A DNA stretch of 64,000 bases from Hypanus sabinus (Eukaryota), in contig NC_082712.1 of NCBI RefSeq assembly GCF_030144855.1, forward strand, positions 10,044,001 through 10,108,000, read 5' to 3'. Under the pieces are notes generated by a model. That model was given only the letters and a program-made list of their open reading frames with translations. It did no database searches and was not told the DNA's origin. Positions within the stretch are counted from its first letter, which is position 1, and every line of letters starts with the position of its first letter. Shown one piece after another: positions 23,001 through 34,749 of the stretch. The position numbers were made by a program, and so were the translations under genes.

Positions 23001-26000
23001 GATTGGAGCAGGGGGCAGGGATACAGATTTCTGGATCATTGCCACCTCTTTTGGGGCAGGCGGGACCTGTACAAAAAGGACACCAATATCCTTCCGAAAG
23101 CTTTTGGGGAGAGTTTAAACTAGAGTTACTGGGGGGTGGGAACCGAAATGAAGAGACGGTGGAGGAGACGGTTGGTGCACAAATAGAAAAAGCTTGGAGA
23201 CAGTCTGAGAGGGAGGATAGGCAGGTGATCGTGCAGCAACTTGCACAGACCGATGGTTTGAGATGTGTCTATTTTAATGCAAGGAATATTATGAACAAAG
23301 CGGATGAGCTTAGGGCATGGTTCAGTACATGGATCTATGATCCATTACAGAGACCTGGATGGCTCAGGCACAGGAATGGTTACTTAGAGTGCCAGGCTTT
23401 AGATGTTTCAGAGAGGACAGGAAGGGAGGCAAAAGAGGTAGAGGCATGGCACTGTTGATCAGAGATAGTGTCACGGCTGCAGCAAAGGAGGAAGTCATGG
23501 AGGGATTCTCTACGGAGTACCTGTGGGTGCTTGTTTATAGACCACCCAATAGTGACAGGGATATCAAGGAGCAGATATGGAGACAGATTCTGGAAAGGTA
23601 TAATAATAACAGCGTTGGCATAGTGGGAGATTTTAATTTCCTGAATATCGATTGGTTCTCCCTAGAGCAAGGGGTTTAGATGGGGTGGAGTTTATGAGGT
23701 GTTTTCAGGAAGGTTTCTTGACACAATCTGTAGATAAGACCACCAGAGGAGAAATGATCTGGTATTGGGAAATGAACCTGGTCAGGTGTCAGATCTCTCA
23801 GTAAGGGAGCATTTTGTAGATTGTGATCACAATTCTATCTCTTTTACCACAGCATTGGAGAGAGGTAGGAACAGGCAAGTTAGGAAAACGTATAATTGGA
23901 GTAAGGGGGAATATGTGGCTATCAGACAGGAATTGAGAAGCATAAATTGGAAACAAATGTCCGCAGGGAAACGTACGGAAGAAATATGGCAAATATTCAG
24001 GGGGTATTTGCGTGGGGTTCTGAGTAGGTACGATGCAATGAGACATGGAAAGGATGGTATGGTACTAGATCGGTGGTGCACAAAGGCTGTTGTAAATATA
24101 GTCAAGAAGAAAAGAAGAGCTTACGAAAGGTTCAACAAACTAGGTAATGATATAAATCTTGAAGTTTGTATGGCTATTAGGAAGGAGCTTATGACTGGAA
24201 ATAGGAAATCCAGAAGTGGCCACGAGAAGGCCTTGGAGGACAGGATTCAGGAAAACCACAAGGCATTCTGCAAGTATGTGAAAAGCAAGAGGATAAGTCG
24301 TGAGGTTCTGAATCCTTTCCAAAGCTTCCAGAACTTTCCTTTAATGCAGCACCCAGAACAGCACAGAAATCTCCTAATGTGGACTCCGCAAAGCTGCAAC
24401 ATTTGTATATTCAAGAAGTCGATGAAATATACCACAGCCAGAGCTTAATTCCGACCCCCGAGCACACTGTCCAACATAATTCACAGGAGAAGGATCCGGA
24501 GCAGAAACCCTGGCACGACACACAGACATGAGTCTGACCAGCATTTATTGATCACGTGTGTCGTTGTATCGCACCAGGAGCGGCCGGGACTGGGAAATGG
24601 GCAGTTAAACTTCAGCTTTTTTAGCACCTGATTCCACTCTGTAGCAGATCACGGAGCTGAACAGAGTGTGGGTGAAAGTAAGTGAGAGTGTGTTGTGTGT
24701 CTGAGAGAGAGCGGAGAGAGTGTGCCTGTGAGACTGTGATAGAGAGAAGAACGTGAGAAAGGGAGAGAGGGAGAGTGGGAGAGGGAGATGAGTAGGGGTA
24801 TAGATGTGAAGAGGGAGACGAGGAGAAGGACAGAGGGAGACAGCTAGAGAGACAGACAGACAGAAAGACACAGAGAGATTGAGGGAAAGCGAGAGAGAAA
24901 TCACAGAGCAGCAGGTAAACAGACACAGAACCCCACTGAACCCAGCCCCGTGTTGTCGTCCCACACAGTATCGCAATGTATCGGGGGATCTGGTTTGGAC
25001 ATCGAACCAGCGGAGTGGGTTACAGGCTGGATTCTGACGTGCGATACGTCCGGTTGGGAGTTATATGTATCATAACGGATTCCTTGCGTCAGGTGCAGGA
25101 AGGGTGTTCTGATGTGCGAGTAGGTGGGGATAGTTAATGTGTAATAACCGATACCCGAGAGTAGGAGGCGTCGGGTTGGGTGTTAAGGGTATAATAACGG
25201 ATTCCTGGGAGTGGGTTGCAGTCTGGGGTCTGACGTGGGAGGGGCGGGTGGGAGTGGTAGTTATATGTAGAAAAACCGATATCGGGGAACGGATTACAGG
25301 ATGAGATCGCATAGTTTCAGAACTTTATCGTTGTCTGCTTCTCGGATCTGTAGGCTTTTGCAATCTTGCCGCTTCGGAGAGGAAGTGGTTGGAGATTCTG
25401 GAGCATCGGTTACTGATAAGAGAGTTCTTGGAATTCCCTCAGAGTAACGGAAAGATTAGAGTAGCGTACGAGGACATTCAGCCCATTGTTCACACTGGCC
25501 CAATGTAAGAACAACCCACGCAGTCCCACTCCCCCATCCTGTTCCCACCGCCCCGTGAATTCCGTTTCAGACACTTGCCCCGTTCCCCTTTTCAACACTG
25601 CCTTCCTATCCCGGCCCACGTTGTACTCTAAATACGAGGAATTTATGTCTCCAGACACCTCTGTAGATCTATGGCGAATCTTTTTGATTCTATAAATTCA
25701 TTACTTTCCCCGTCCACCAATGGGACAGCCTCGTTCAGTCTGCATGCTTCATAATTTTAATACTCATCCCGAACCAGGTTTCCATCTGACCTCCGCTGCT
25801 GTAACCAGATCATCCAGAAGCTGGGTTAGAAGCAGGAGGCTGCTCGGCGCCCCTAATTCTACCGCCATTGAATAAGTTGATGGCTGATCTGTTTAAATTC
25901 AACACTCTATCCTTTTGCACCGCCGTAAGCCGCACCCCCCCCCCCTTGTTTATCGGGGGTTCCACTCATAGGTACGAAACCCTGGGATAGACGGGTGTGT

Positions 26001-26254
26001 TTCTCCAATTGCCCGACCACCAGATCACCTCCACCATAGTGAATGTGGTGTGTCAATAAGATGGACCAGTCTCCCAACATCCCCTCACTCCCTCGGTTCA
26101 ACCCAACGCTCAAACAGATGCAAAGCTGCCACAGCGGACACCCGAAAATTCAGATGAGGTAAGGAGATGATCAGGACAATGGAAAACACTTACTGTATCC
26201 CTGGACTGAGAGGGATAGCAGAACCGTGCAGAGACAAACCAGGAGAGAGAGCAT
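7987..26254 (-). CDS. SIGLEC15: Spliced gene model: Siglec-15-like type I membrane receptor (signal peptide - IgV - IgV - TM with Lys - short tail), about 316 aa
   Basis: Exons 26254-26194 (61 nt), 18374-17991 (384), 12689-12300 (390), 11051-10952 (100) and 8002-7987 (13 nt plus stop). All have GT-AG boundaries, phases are 1/1/1/2, and the joined frame has no stops. V1 resembles human Siglec-15 (WSM..VSA..G..AVLPCTFTHP; Y.CRVE) and the TM has LGLKTL (cf. LGFKAL). The symbol means 'like'; orthology is not proven. The last exon is the least certain part. Confidence 0.75.
8720..10330 (+). mobile_element. 5'-truncated CR1 LINE (RT to 3' UTR), frameshifted; lies in the TM-tail intron
   Basis: GNYRLVSFISAVGKMLE, QHGFRKGRS, GVPQGLVLVPQLF, KFADD, VRPHLEYCVQFWSP. 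Confidence 0.92.
10545..10680 (+). mobile_element. Abundant short retroelement tail (gaagggtct...gatgctg...gagttcctccagcattttgtgtgtgttgc)
   Basis: The same family occurs at about 2615, 4600, 26460, 30895, 33090 and 43800. Confidence 0.7.
10952..11051 (-). CDS. Exon 4: transmembrane segment with intramembrane lysine
   Basis: Acceptor ctttctcttcag|GG and donor AG|gtactg. Encodes GTDACAVLMLCIPLGLKTLTLLVMGAVLYCDKLR, in phase with V2. Confidence 0.85.
11300..11770 (-). mobile_element. CR1 3' fragment in the V2-TM intron
   Basis: Reverse complement of the CR1 3' end also seen at 330-880 and 61430-61900. Confidence 0.7.
12300..12689 (-). CDS. Exon 3: second V-set Ig domain (no essential Arg)
   Basis: Acceptor tccttccctcag|CT and donor G|gtaaga, phase 1/1. 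Encodes PNESVSVMTGTEGASASLPCVFTAP...VTWMRKEP...RYELVGDP...EDSLSYLCLAEF...IRLRVRP. Confidence 0.9.
14400..15570. mobile_element. Solo LTR, 1171 bp
   Basis: TGTCA...TGACA termini; exact 5-bp TSD TCAAC (14395-14399 and 15571-15575); no coding capacity. Confidence 0.85.
15718..16185. mobile_element. Solo LTR, 468 bp
   Basis: TGTGGGAGAAAAT...ATTTCCGCGACA imperfect inverted termini; 5-bp TSD CTTAC (15713-15717 and 16186-16190). Confidence 0.75.
17000..17830 (+). mobile_element. CR1 fragments
   Basis: RFTRMLPG-like and KWQMDFN-like decayed motifs. Confidence 0.7.
17991..18374 (-). CDS. SIGLEC15: Exon 2: Siglec-15-like V-set Ig domain with essential Arg
   Basis: Acceptor ctctctctctgcag|AG and donor G|gtgagg. 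Encodes FSFNGWSMSGADVVSAVKGTSAVLPCTFTHP...IWYRREP...FKC...SWCDT...GRFGFVGN...DGGRYRCRVEL...DLSVR: B- and F-strand Cys, C-strand Trp, an extra Cys pair and the CRVE Arg. Confidence 0.9.
18560..22430. repeat. Degenerate about 40-bp G/A-rich satellite just upstream of the V1 acceptor
   Basis: Consensus gtgattgatggattgaggaggggtgagacaggagtctgag, repeated over about 3.2 kb and interrupted at 21.3-21.9 kb. Confidence 0.92.
21302..21918 (+). mobile_element. Probable solo LTR inserted in the 40-bp satellite
   Basis: Unique block starting TGTAC and ending GTTACA; TSD degenerate (gat/gatt). Confidence 0.6.
22930..24310 (+). mobile_element. CR1 fragment (ORF1 3' end plus ORF2 endonuclease)
   Basis: CVYFNARNIMNKADELRAW, YRPPNS, VGDFN motifs; paralogous copy at 40270-41725. 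Confidence 0.85.
24560..24682 (-). pseudogene. Pseudo-V exon remnant A (homologous to the middle of V1)
   Basis: actttcacccac...ctccgtgatctgctacagagtggaatcaggtgctaaaaaa...tggtgcgatac aligns with V1 TFTH...SVIWYRREPGATK...WCDT. The 5' part and acceptor are missing, indels are present, and the 3' half is absent. Confidence 0.75.
24683..24910. repeat. GA/CT-rich low-complexity tract in front of pseudo-V A (counterpart at 42118-42320)
   Basis: Direct reading of the sequence. Confidence 0.9.
26194..26254 (-). CDS. Exon 1 (leader A): signal peptide MLSLLVCLCTVLLSLSVQGY
   Basis: gcgATG start, hydrophobic 20-mer ending VQG, consensus donor A|GTAAGT. Phase 1 joins V1 in frame (A+AG=Lys). Confidence 0.85.
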
Positions 26255-26289
26255 CGCTAACCCTGCAGTCTGGTGTCCTTTTTTGTTTC

Positions 26290-26430
26290 CCTAAAGTGAA
26301 ATGCAGAAGTTGCATGAAGTGTTCGTCATTTCCTCACAGATCACCCCACCCTTATTATAACAGTTTATTAGATAAATTACTCTTTTCTAACTAAAGAAAT
26401 TAGAACTTCCTGACTTCTGACAGGAAGTCC
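26290..26430 (-). promoter_or_regulatory. Putative promoter/5' region of leader A: IRF-like AAAGTGAAA, TGACG next to GAGGAA, inverted ETS pair
   Basis: aaagtgaaa at about 26293-26301; cgtca/tttcctc at 26324-26335; ACTTCCTG-8 nt-CAGGAAGT at 26405-26428. All lie within 180 nt upstream of the ATG. These are motif matches only. Confidence 0.4.
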
Positions 26431-27315
26431 ATGATGCACACAGGGTTGGTGTGTCAAATCACAAACAACAGAAAACTTACAGATGCTGGAAATCTAATCA
26501 GTACATACAAAATGCTGGAGGAACTCAACAGGGCAGGCAGCATCAATGGAAAGGAGTACAGTCGATGTTCGATATGTTGCAGGAACTGACCCTTGTGCCT
26601 TCAGCTATGACCACCTGAGAACGGAAAAGGACTCTGCGAAGTGTGGAGAGTTCAAACGTGTTTGTCGAAAACCGAACCTGAGAGGGCAAAGACTAACAAG
26701 AAAATTTCAGTGGAGGCTCGCAAAATATTTCAAACTCATTTACTCGCCTGTGTACCTTTGGGGTGTGTCTGGAGAATTTCGATCATTTATATGCAAGAAT
26801 TTCGAATTCCCACAAGCGACTTTAAGTGAGGGCAGCTCTGACAAAGTATCCTACTTCCTTGCAGGGATGAAGGTCTAATGATTGGTGGTAATCAGTGTTA
26901 ATGGCTGGCTAGAGTCATCATGATTCTCGCTCTGCCGTTTGTGTGATCTTAGTTTTTGTCATTCCAACCTGAGTGTATCGTCTCCCTCAAATATCTCCAG
27001 ACTAATTCCCATGTTGAACAAAATATAAGCGATAGGTAAAAATGAAACAGTACGTACTTAAAACCACCGACTATATATTTCACTTCTATGCCGCAGAACT
27101 CTTGATGTCCTTTCATATAAAAGCCTCTTACCTACCCCTCCCATTCATTTTTTCCCCAGAAACACACAAATACATTCACAAACAAGTATAATATTATAGT
27201 TCCCCGAAACGAGTAAACACAAACACCCCAATGGCATCCCGTACCGAACGGTCGGGCAGTTACAAACTTTCGCAGCCGGTGATTAGTCTCAATGAACTCA
27301 ATGTTTGGTCGCATG

Positions 27316-27473
27316 NNNNNNNNNNNNNNNNNNNNNNNNNNNNNNNNNNNNNNNNNNNNNNNNNNNNNNNNNNNNNNNNNNNNNNNNNNNNNNNNNNNNN
27401 NNNNNNNNNNNNNNNNNNNNNNNNNNNNNNNNNNNNNNNNNNNNNNNNNNNNNNNNNNNNNNNNNNNNNNNNN
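27316..27473. other. Assembly gap (N run)
   Basis: N bases. Confidence 1.
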
Positions 27474-29511
27474 CTCTTTTTTCCATATTTTAGTTAAATT
27501 TTTAAAAAAAGGAATACAAGGACTCAATTAATACAAATTGAAAAAAATAGTTCAAGTACATCAATAAATCCGAAAGAAATAAAGAACCCCTATCCCAACA
27601 CCTTCTCCCCGCATTTAGAAAAAAAGGAAGGAAAAAATAAAACATAAGAGACAGAGGAAAGAAAGGATAGGAGAGAAGAGGAAAGAAAAAAGGAAAAAAA
27701 AAGAAAAAGAAGAGTAGGCACCCAGCTCTCAGAGTCAGTTTGAAATACAAATTGCAGAAACTAGCTTATAATAAGGGATATATTAATTGAAAAGAATTAA
27801 AGCAAATAAGTTAAACAATCCGGGCATTTAAATAATCCAATTATGGTTGCCAAATCTCAATGAACATATTGTATTCATTCCTAAGGGTATAGGTAATCTT
27901 CTCAAGGGGTATACAACTTTGCATTTCTTTATTCCGATGATCAATATGAACAAGGGAATCGGTTTTCCATATTACCACTTCGCATTTCCTGGCTACTGAT
28001 AGTGCAATTTTAATAAATTTGGATTAATTCCTTGGGAGGGTAGCTTTCAAAACTGCTAATTTCTCCAGAAGAAACAATTCGGGGTCCAGAGGGAAATCTA
28101 TCCCCAGAATCTTTCCCATTACCTCCACCAGATCTATCCAAAAAGACCTCAGTTTCGTACATAGCCAGGTGGAATGCCAAACCTGAAACACTTATGAGAA
28201 ATTTCTGGGGGTTTTTTTGTATTTTTTCAGGTGTGAGATATAACTGATGTAAAAAATTAAAATGTATCATTCTGTATCTAGGTTGATAAGAGTGGTAACA
28301 GTATCCAAACATAAACTTGACCAGCATTGGTGATCAATTACAATGCCCAAATACGACTCCTATCTTTCCCTCGCTCTATGTATACCAAACTTTGGGCATT
28401 GGTCCTGGAATAAAGAATACATATTAGAGATAAATTTAGCTGTATTCCCCTTTAGAATTTGAATCTCGATGTCTGAGCACCTTGGTAGGGCCAGTGATGG
28501 ACCCAAGCAGTTCCTCAAAACAGATCGTAATTGGAGATAGCAGAAGAAAGTATTATTAGATAAACTATATTTATTTTTAAGTCCCTCAAAAGATATAAAT
28601 TGCCTCTGCTGATTCAACGCGCCTCAATTCAATTTTCAACGTGACTCAAACTGTGTTGATACCATGGTGACTAGGAACTTATTACCCAGAGTCATGTGTA
28701 TTAATCTATTCTGAGATAGAGGCGTCTTTGAGGATATTCCTTTTTTCAGACCCATAAATGTTTTTTCCCCAGTCATAAATTACATGTCTCAGTGGAGGAT
28801 TGTTTGTTTTCATTTTAATTAATTTGGAGTCCCATTTTTATATAAATTCTCCTGCCATCTCTTCTCCTACCATATGTAAGCCAATTGTAACCCAAGAAGG
28901 AATAGTTGTCTCATCAAAAAAGAAGCAATAAAACGTGCTTGTGCAGCTAAATAATATTTCTTTAAAATCTGGTAATTTTAACCCTCCCAATTTATAGTCC
29001 CAAGTCAATTTTTCCATGGAGATTCTAGATATTTTACCCACCATAATAATAGAGGAAAATGTCCATTGAGAATCTTAAAAAATATATTAGATAATGGGAT
29101 AGGTAAAGACTGAGAAAATACTGAGGCCTTGTCATTATCTTCATTTCTATGCAGTTACCCTGCCCATCAGTTTGATAGGAAGGCTTATCCACCTACGTAG
29201 ATTCTCCTCAACATTCTGCTGCAAGGGGAGATAATTAATTTTATAAAGGTCATCCAAATTACGATTAAACTTTATCCGCAGATACTTCATGTTGGAGTTA
29301 ATCCATCTAACCAGTGTCGTATTGATATTGGGCATAGTCTCCTCTACCTGAAGGTAAAATTTCACTTTTGTTCCAATTTATTTTATATCCTGAGACTATA
29401 CCATAATTGTCCAGCAAGGCCCTAAGTCTAACAAAGAGCCGGCTGGGTCAGCCAAATATACTAAAATCTCATCAGCAAATCAATTAATTTTATATTAATT
29501 CAATCCTCAGC

Positions 29512-30890
29512 ACGTCGAGGAACCAACTAGAGAGCAGGCCATTCTAGATTGGGTATTGAGCAATGAGCAAGGGTTAGTTAACAATCTTGTCGTGTGAGGC
29601 CCCTTGGTAAGAGTGACCATAATATGGTGGAGTTCTTCATTAATATGGAGGGCGACATAGTTAATTCAGAAACAAAGATTCTGAATTTAAAGAAGGGTAA
29701 CTTTGAAGGTATGAGACGTGAATTAGCTAAGATAGACTGGCAAATGATACTTAAAGGGTTGACGGTGGATATGCAAAGGCAAGCATTTAAAGATCGCAAG
29801 GATGAACTACAACAATTGTTCATCCCAGTTTGGCAAAAGAATAAACCTGAGAAGGTAGTGCACCCGTGGCTGACAAGGGGAATTAAGGATAGTATCAAGT
29901 CCAAAGAAGAAACATACAAATTAACCAGAAAAAGTGGCACACCTGAGGACTGGGAGAAATTCAGAGACCAGCAGAGGAGGACAAAGGGCTTAATTAGGAA
30001 AGGGAAAAAAGATTATGAGAGAAAGCTGGCAGTGAACATAAAAACAGACTGTAAAAGCTTTTATAGATATGTGAGAAGAAAAGGATTGTTTAAGACAAAT
30101 CTAGGTCCCTTACAGTCAGAAACAGTTGAATTGATCACGGGGAACAAGAACATGGCAGACCAATTGAATAGCTACCTTGGTTCTGTTTTCACTAATGAGG
30201 AATTAAATTATCTTCCAGAAATAGTAGGGGACCGAGGGTCTAGTGCGATGGAGGAACTGAGGGAAATACATGTTAGTAGGGAAGTGGTGTTAGTTTAATT
30301 GAAGAGATTAAAGGCAGATAAATCCCCAGGGCCAGAGGGCTTAAGGAAGTAGCTTAAGAAATAATGTATGCATTAGTGATAATTTTTCAAAACTCCTTAG
30401 ATTCTGGAATAGTTCCTGAGGATTGGAGGGTGGCTAATGTAACCCCACTTTTTAAAAAAGGAGGGAGAGAAAAACCGGGGAATTATAGACCGGCGAGTCT
30501 GACATCGGTGGTGGGGAAAATGCTAGAGTCAGTTATCAAAGATGTGATAACAGCACATTTGGAAAGCAGTGAAATCATCCAACAAAGTCAGCATAAATTT
30601 GTGAAAGAAAAATCATGTCTGACGAATCTTATAGAATTTTTTGAAAATGTAACTAGTAAAGTGGATAGGGGAGAGCCAGTGGATGTGGTATATTTAGATT
30701 TTCAAAAGGCTTTTGACCAGGTCCCATACTGGAGATTAGTGTGCAAACTTAAAGCACACGGTATTGGGGGTATGGTATTGATGTGGATAGAGAATTGGTT
30801 GTCAGATAGGAAGCAAAGAGTGAGAATAAACGGGACCTTTTCAGAATGGCACACAGTGACTAGTGGGGTACAGCAAGGCTCAGTGCTGAG
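29512..30890 (+). mobile_element. CR1 ORF2 fragment nested in the L1/Tx1
   Basis: GKSDHNMVEF, KSPGP, GNYRPASLTSVVGKMLES, YLDFQKAFD. Confidence 0.9.
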
Positions 30891-30994
30891 TCCAGATGAA
30901 GGGTCTCTGCCCGTAACGTCGACAGTGCTTCTCCTTATAGATGCTGCCTGGCCTGCTGTATTCCACCAGAATTTTGTGTGTATTGTTCACAAGT

Positions 30995-31903
30995 GAAGTG
31001 TCGCCTCACATGGAAGGACTGGTGGTGAGGGAGGAAGTGTAAGGGCAGGTGTAGCACTTGTTTCGTTTACAAGGATAAGTGCCAGGAGGGAGATCAGTGG
31101 GAAGGGAGGGGTGGGACGAGTGGACAAGGGAGTCGCGTAGGGAGCGATCCCCGTGGAAAGTAGAGGGGGGGGGAGAGAAAGATGTGCTTGTTAGTGGGAT
31201 CCCGTTGGAGGTGGCGGAAGTTACGGAGAATTATATGTTGGACCTGGAGGCTGGTAGGCTGGTAGGTGATGACTAGGGGAATCCTATCCCTAGTGGGGTG
31301 GCGGGCAGATGGGGTGAGGGAAAATATGCGGGAAATAGGAGAGATGCTTTTGAGAGCAGAGTTGATGGTGGAAGAAGGGAAGCCCCTTTGTTTAAAAAAG
31401 GAAGACATCTCCTTCGTCCTGGAATGAAAAGCCTCATACTGAGAGCAGATGCGGCGGAGACGGAGGAATTGTGAGAAGGGGATAGCAGTTTTGCAAGAGG
31501 AATAGTCCAGGGAGCTCTGAGAGTCTGTAGGCTTATGGTAGATATCAGTAGATAAGACAGCCGTCTCCAGAGATGGAGACAGAAACATCAAGAAATGGGA
31601 GTGAGGTGTCAGAAATGGACCAGGTAAATTTGAAGGCAGGGTGAAAGTTGGAGGCAAAGTTCATGAAGTCAACGAGCTCAGCATGTGTGCAGGTGGCAGT
31701 GCCAATGCAGTCGTCGATGTAGCGAAGGAAAAGAGGGGGGCGGATACCGTCGATGTAGCGAAGGAAAAGAGGGTACAGTCCATGTTCCAAGTCTATACGG
31801 GTATCCGTTCCCCTCTTTTCCTTCGCTACATCGACGACTGCATTGGCGCTGCCTTCTGCATGCATGCCACCTGGTCCATTTCCGACACCTCCCTCCCCTT
31901 TCT
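30995..31903 (-). mobile_element. Penelope-like retroelement RT fragment with 5' fold-back
   Basis: FLRYIDDCIG, LPFLDVSVSI, TDIYHKPTDS, AIPFSQFLRLRRICS. Confidence 0.85.
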
Positions 31904-34749
31904 AGAAAAAGGAGCATTCAATTCTTCCTGATCTTGTTGACTCAGTTTGGGAAGTTGAAAATTAGACAAGAGATTATCAATTTTCAATGAGTCACCCGCT
32001 GATTTTGATTTATATAGTTCCGATTAGAACTGCTTAAAAGTATCATTTATTCCTTTTGGTTCATATGAAATCTGACCTTCCCATGTTTGAATTACATTTA
32101 TTGTTCTAGAGGTTTCTTCCACCTTCGATGGCGAAGATAGTACTTTATGGGTTCTCTCTCCTAATACTGAATATTGTTGTTTTGATTATAGTATCATTTA
32201 TTTCTATTCTATGTTTGTTCTGTGTTATACTCTAATTTTTGTTTATTTTTTAATATAATTTTCCTCTGTTGTTGAATTCTTACAATCTTTTCCTAATTGT
32301 GTTATTTCTTTCGCCAACTCATTTAATTCTTTTACATATTAATTTTATTCCCTTAAAATATTCAATTATCTGTCCTCTTAAATATGCTTTTAATTTGTCC
32401 CATAATAAGAAATTATTGGCAGTAGAGGGTGAGTTCGTCTCACAGAACAGTTCTATTTGAGCTGTAATAAAACTGGAAAACTCTGGTCTTTTCAACCACA
32501 AAGGATTAAAACGCCATCTATATAATGTTTTTTTGTTTATCAGGCATTTAAATTGATAAAATTAAAGGTGAATGGTCCAAGAGTAGTCTAGCGGCATATG
32601 CTATTTTGAATGATCCTACTTTCTAATTTAGCTGATATTAGAAATAAGTCAATTGCTGAGTAGGAATCATATTGTTTTAAATAGAAAGTGTAGTCTCTTT
32701 CCCTTAGATGCTGCCATCTCCAAGCATCTATTATATCCAAGTCCTTCATGAAGGCCAGGTTGGATTTTGCTGCCCTGACCTTCATGACGTTTTTAACTGA
32801 TCTATCTAATATTGGATCCAGATAAAAATTGAGATCCACTCCAATTCAGATATTTTCATATCCTTGAACAACTTTCAGAAAAATAGTTTGACTAATTTTC
32901 TCGTCGTTATAATTGGGGGCATATAAATTCAAAAGTGTCCAGGATTCTGAATATATTTGACAGTTGACCATAGCAAATATCCCGGCTGGGTCTATGATTG
33001 TACCCTCCACCTCCACTGGCAAATTCTTCCCTATCAATACTGCCACTCCTCTGGCTTTAGAATTAAAGGAGGGCGATATTACTTGAACAACCCATTGAAG
33101 GGTCTCGGCCCAAAACGTCGACATCGCTTCTCCCTGTAGATGCTGCCTAGCCTGCTGTGTTCTACCAGCATTTTGTGTGTGTTGTTGTTTGAATTTCCAG
33201 CATCTGCAGATTTCCTTGTGTTTGTTCTTTTTAATTTGTTATGTTCTGTCACTGTAAGATGAGTTTCTTGAAGAAAGATAATATCAATATGATTTTTAAG
33301 ATATACCAAGACTTTTTTTCTTTTTATCGGTCCATTTATCCCATTAACATTAAGTCTTAAAAATTTAATTGCTCTATTCAGTTATCAGATCTTATTAGTT
33401 GATAAATCCTGCCCATATAAAAATAAATTAATCCCATTTCTTTGAGTGACTCTGAGTTACTTGCTGCCATTCTCAATAGAAGGTAGAGAGGAAACCAAAG
33501 AGGAAAGTAAAAGAAAAAAAGAAATAAGAAAAGAAAAAGAAAAGGAGAAATACCCTCCCAACTGTCGCTCCAAGTTTACCGCACCTTAACCCCTCTTATT
33601 GTGGGTTCCATTAACATCGCACTAAAGATGGACATTCTTTAACATATAACATAATGAAATCTTTTTTTTAGAAGAAAAAAAAGATTAATCACTCCCCCAA
33701 AACCCCTTAATTAAACATCTGTAAAAAATAAATTATATTCCACACCCGTTAGTACTAAATATCTAAGATAATCTATAATATTGAAAGTAAATATCATTAA
33801 TATAGCAATATATCCAAATAAAGGATTCAAAGAAACTTACAAAATATAACCCTAAATATTGTAACTTATTACATATCCAGCAATCCAAAAAGTAAACATA
33901 TCAAAAGATGATGTCCATATAATCAAAGATTTTAATACTTGTTATACCGAAATTAGATTAACTATATAGTTCCTTAGTAGTATAATTCTAAAAGACCCAA
34001 AAGAAAACTAAATAGATTTAATGAGAAATTAATATTTATAGTGATTTCTATCCATAATCATATGAATTTAAGTTCCATATTTGAAATCATAACAGTCTTC
34101 ATCCATAATCCTATTGATTCGAAGTTCAAGATTATAATATTTTTTAAATTAATCTATATTAATAAAGAAAATCAGATAATTTTCTTCATATATTTTGTCC
34201 CAGATACATGTTTCTAGGCCTCTTCTTCCAGAAGTACATTCTGAATCACAATGTCTCAGTTAATTTTTGAATAAAGTTTATCGCCTCCAGGGGGTTAGTA
34301 AAAAATTTCCTCCTCCCATCTGACCGAGTAATTCTCAGCTTTGCTGGACATAATAAAGAATATTGAAGAGCTTTATTCTTTAATAATCTCCTTGTTAAGT
34401 CAAATTATTTCCTTTTTCTTAACAAGGCCACACTAATATCTGCAAAGCAGGATATCTTTCCTTCAAACTCTAATAGGCCATTTCTCCCTCTGGCCTCTTG
34501 CTGCAGCTCGGAATACTTTTTGTTTATCTTGATACTTCAAAAAGCATATATGTATGGAGCGGGTCTTTGTTCTGGAGGTGGTTGGGGGATTAAAGTCTCG
34601 TGTGCTCTTTCTATAATTAATTTTTTATCAAAATGCTTTTCCCCCAGAACTTTGGGGACCCAATCTTGAAAGAAAGTTACTGCGTCTCTCCCTTCCAGTC
34701 CCCCTTCTTTTTTTAATTGGTTTTTTAAATGCATTTTCTTCAACACTAC

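Noticed and set aside
25294-25412. Possible extra exon after leader A (TDAPESPTTSSPKRQDC...)
   Set aside because: An acceptor is present in copy A but mutated in copy B (TG), there is no good donor, and the frame runs into a stop.
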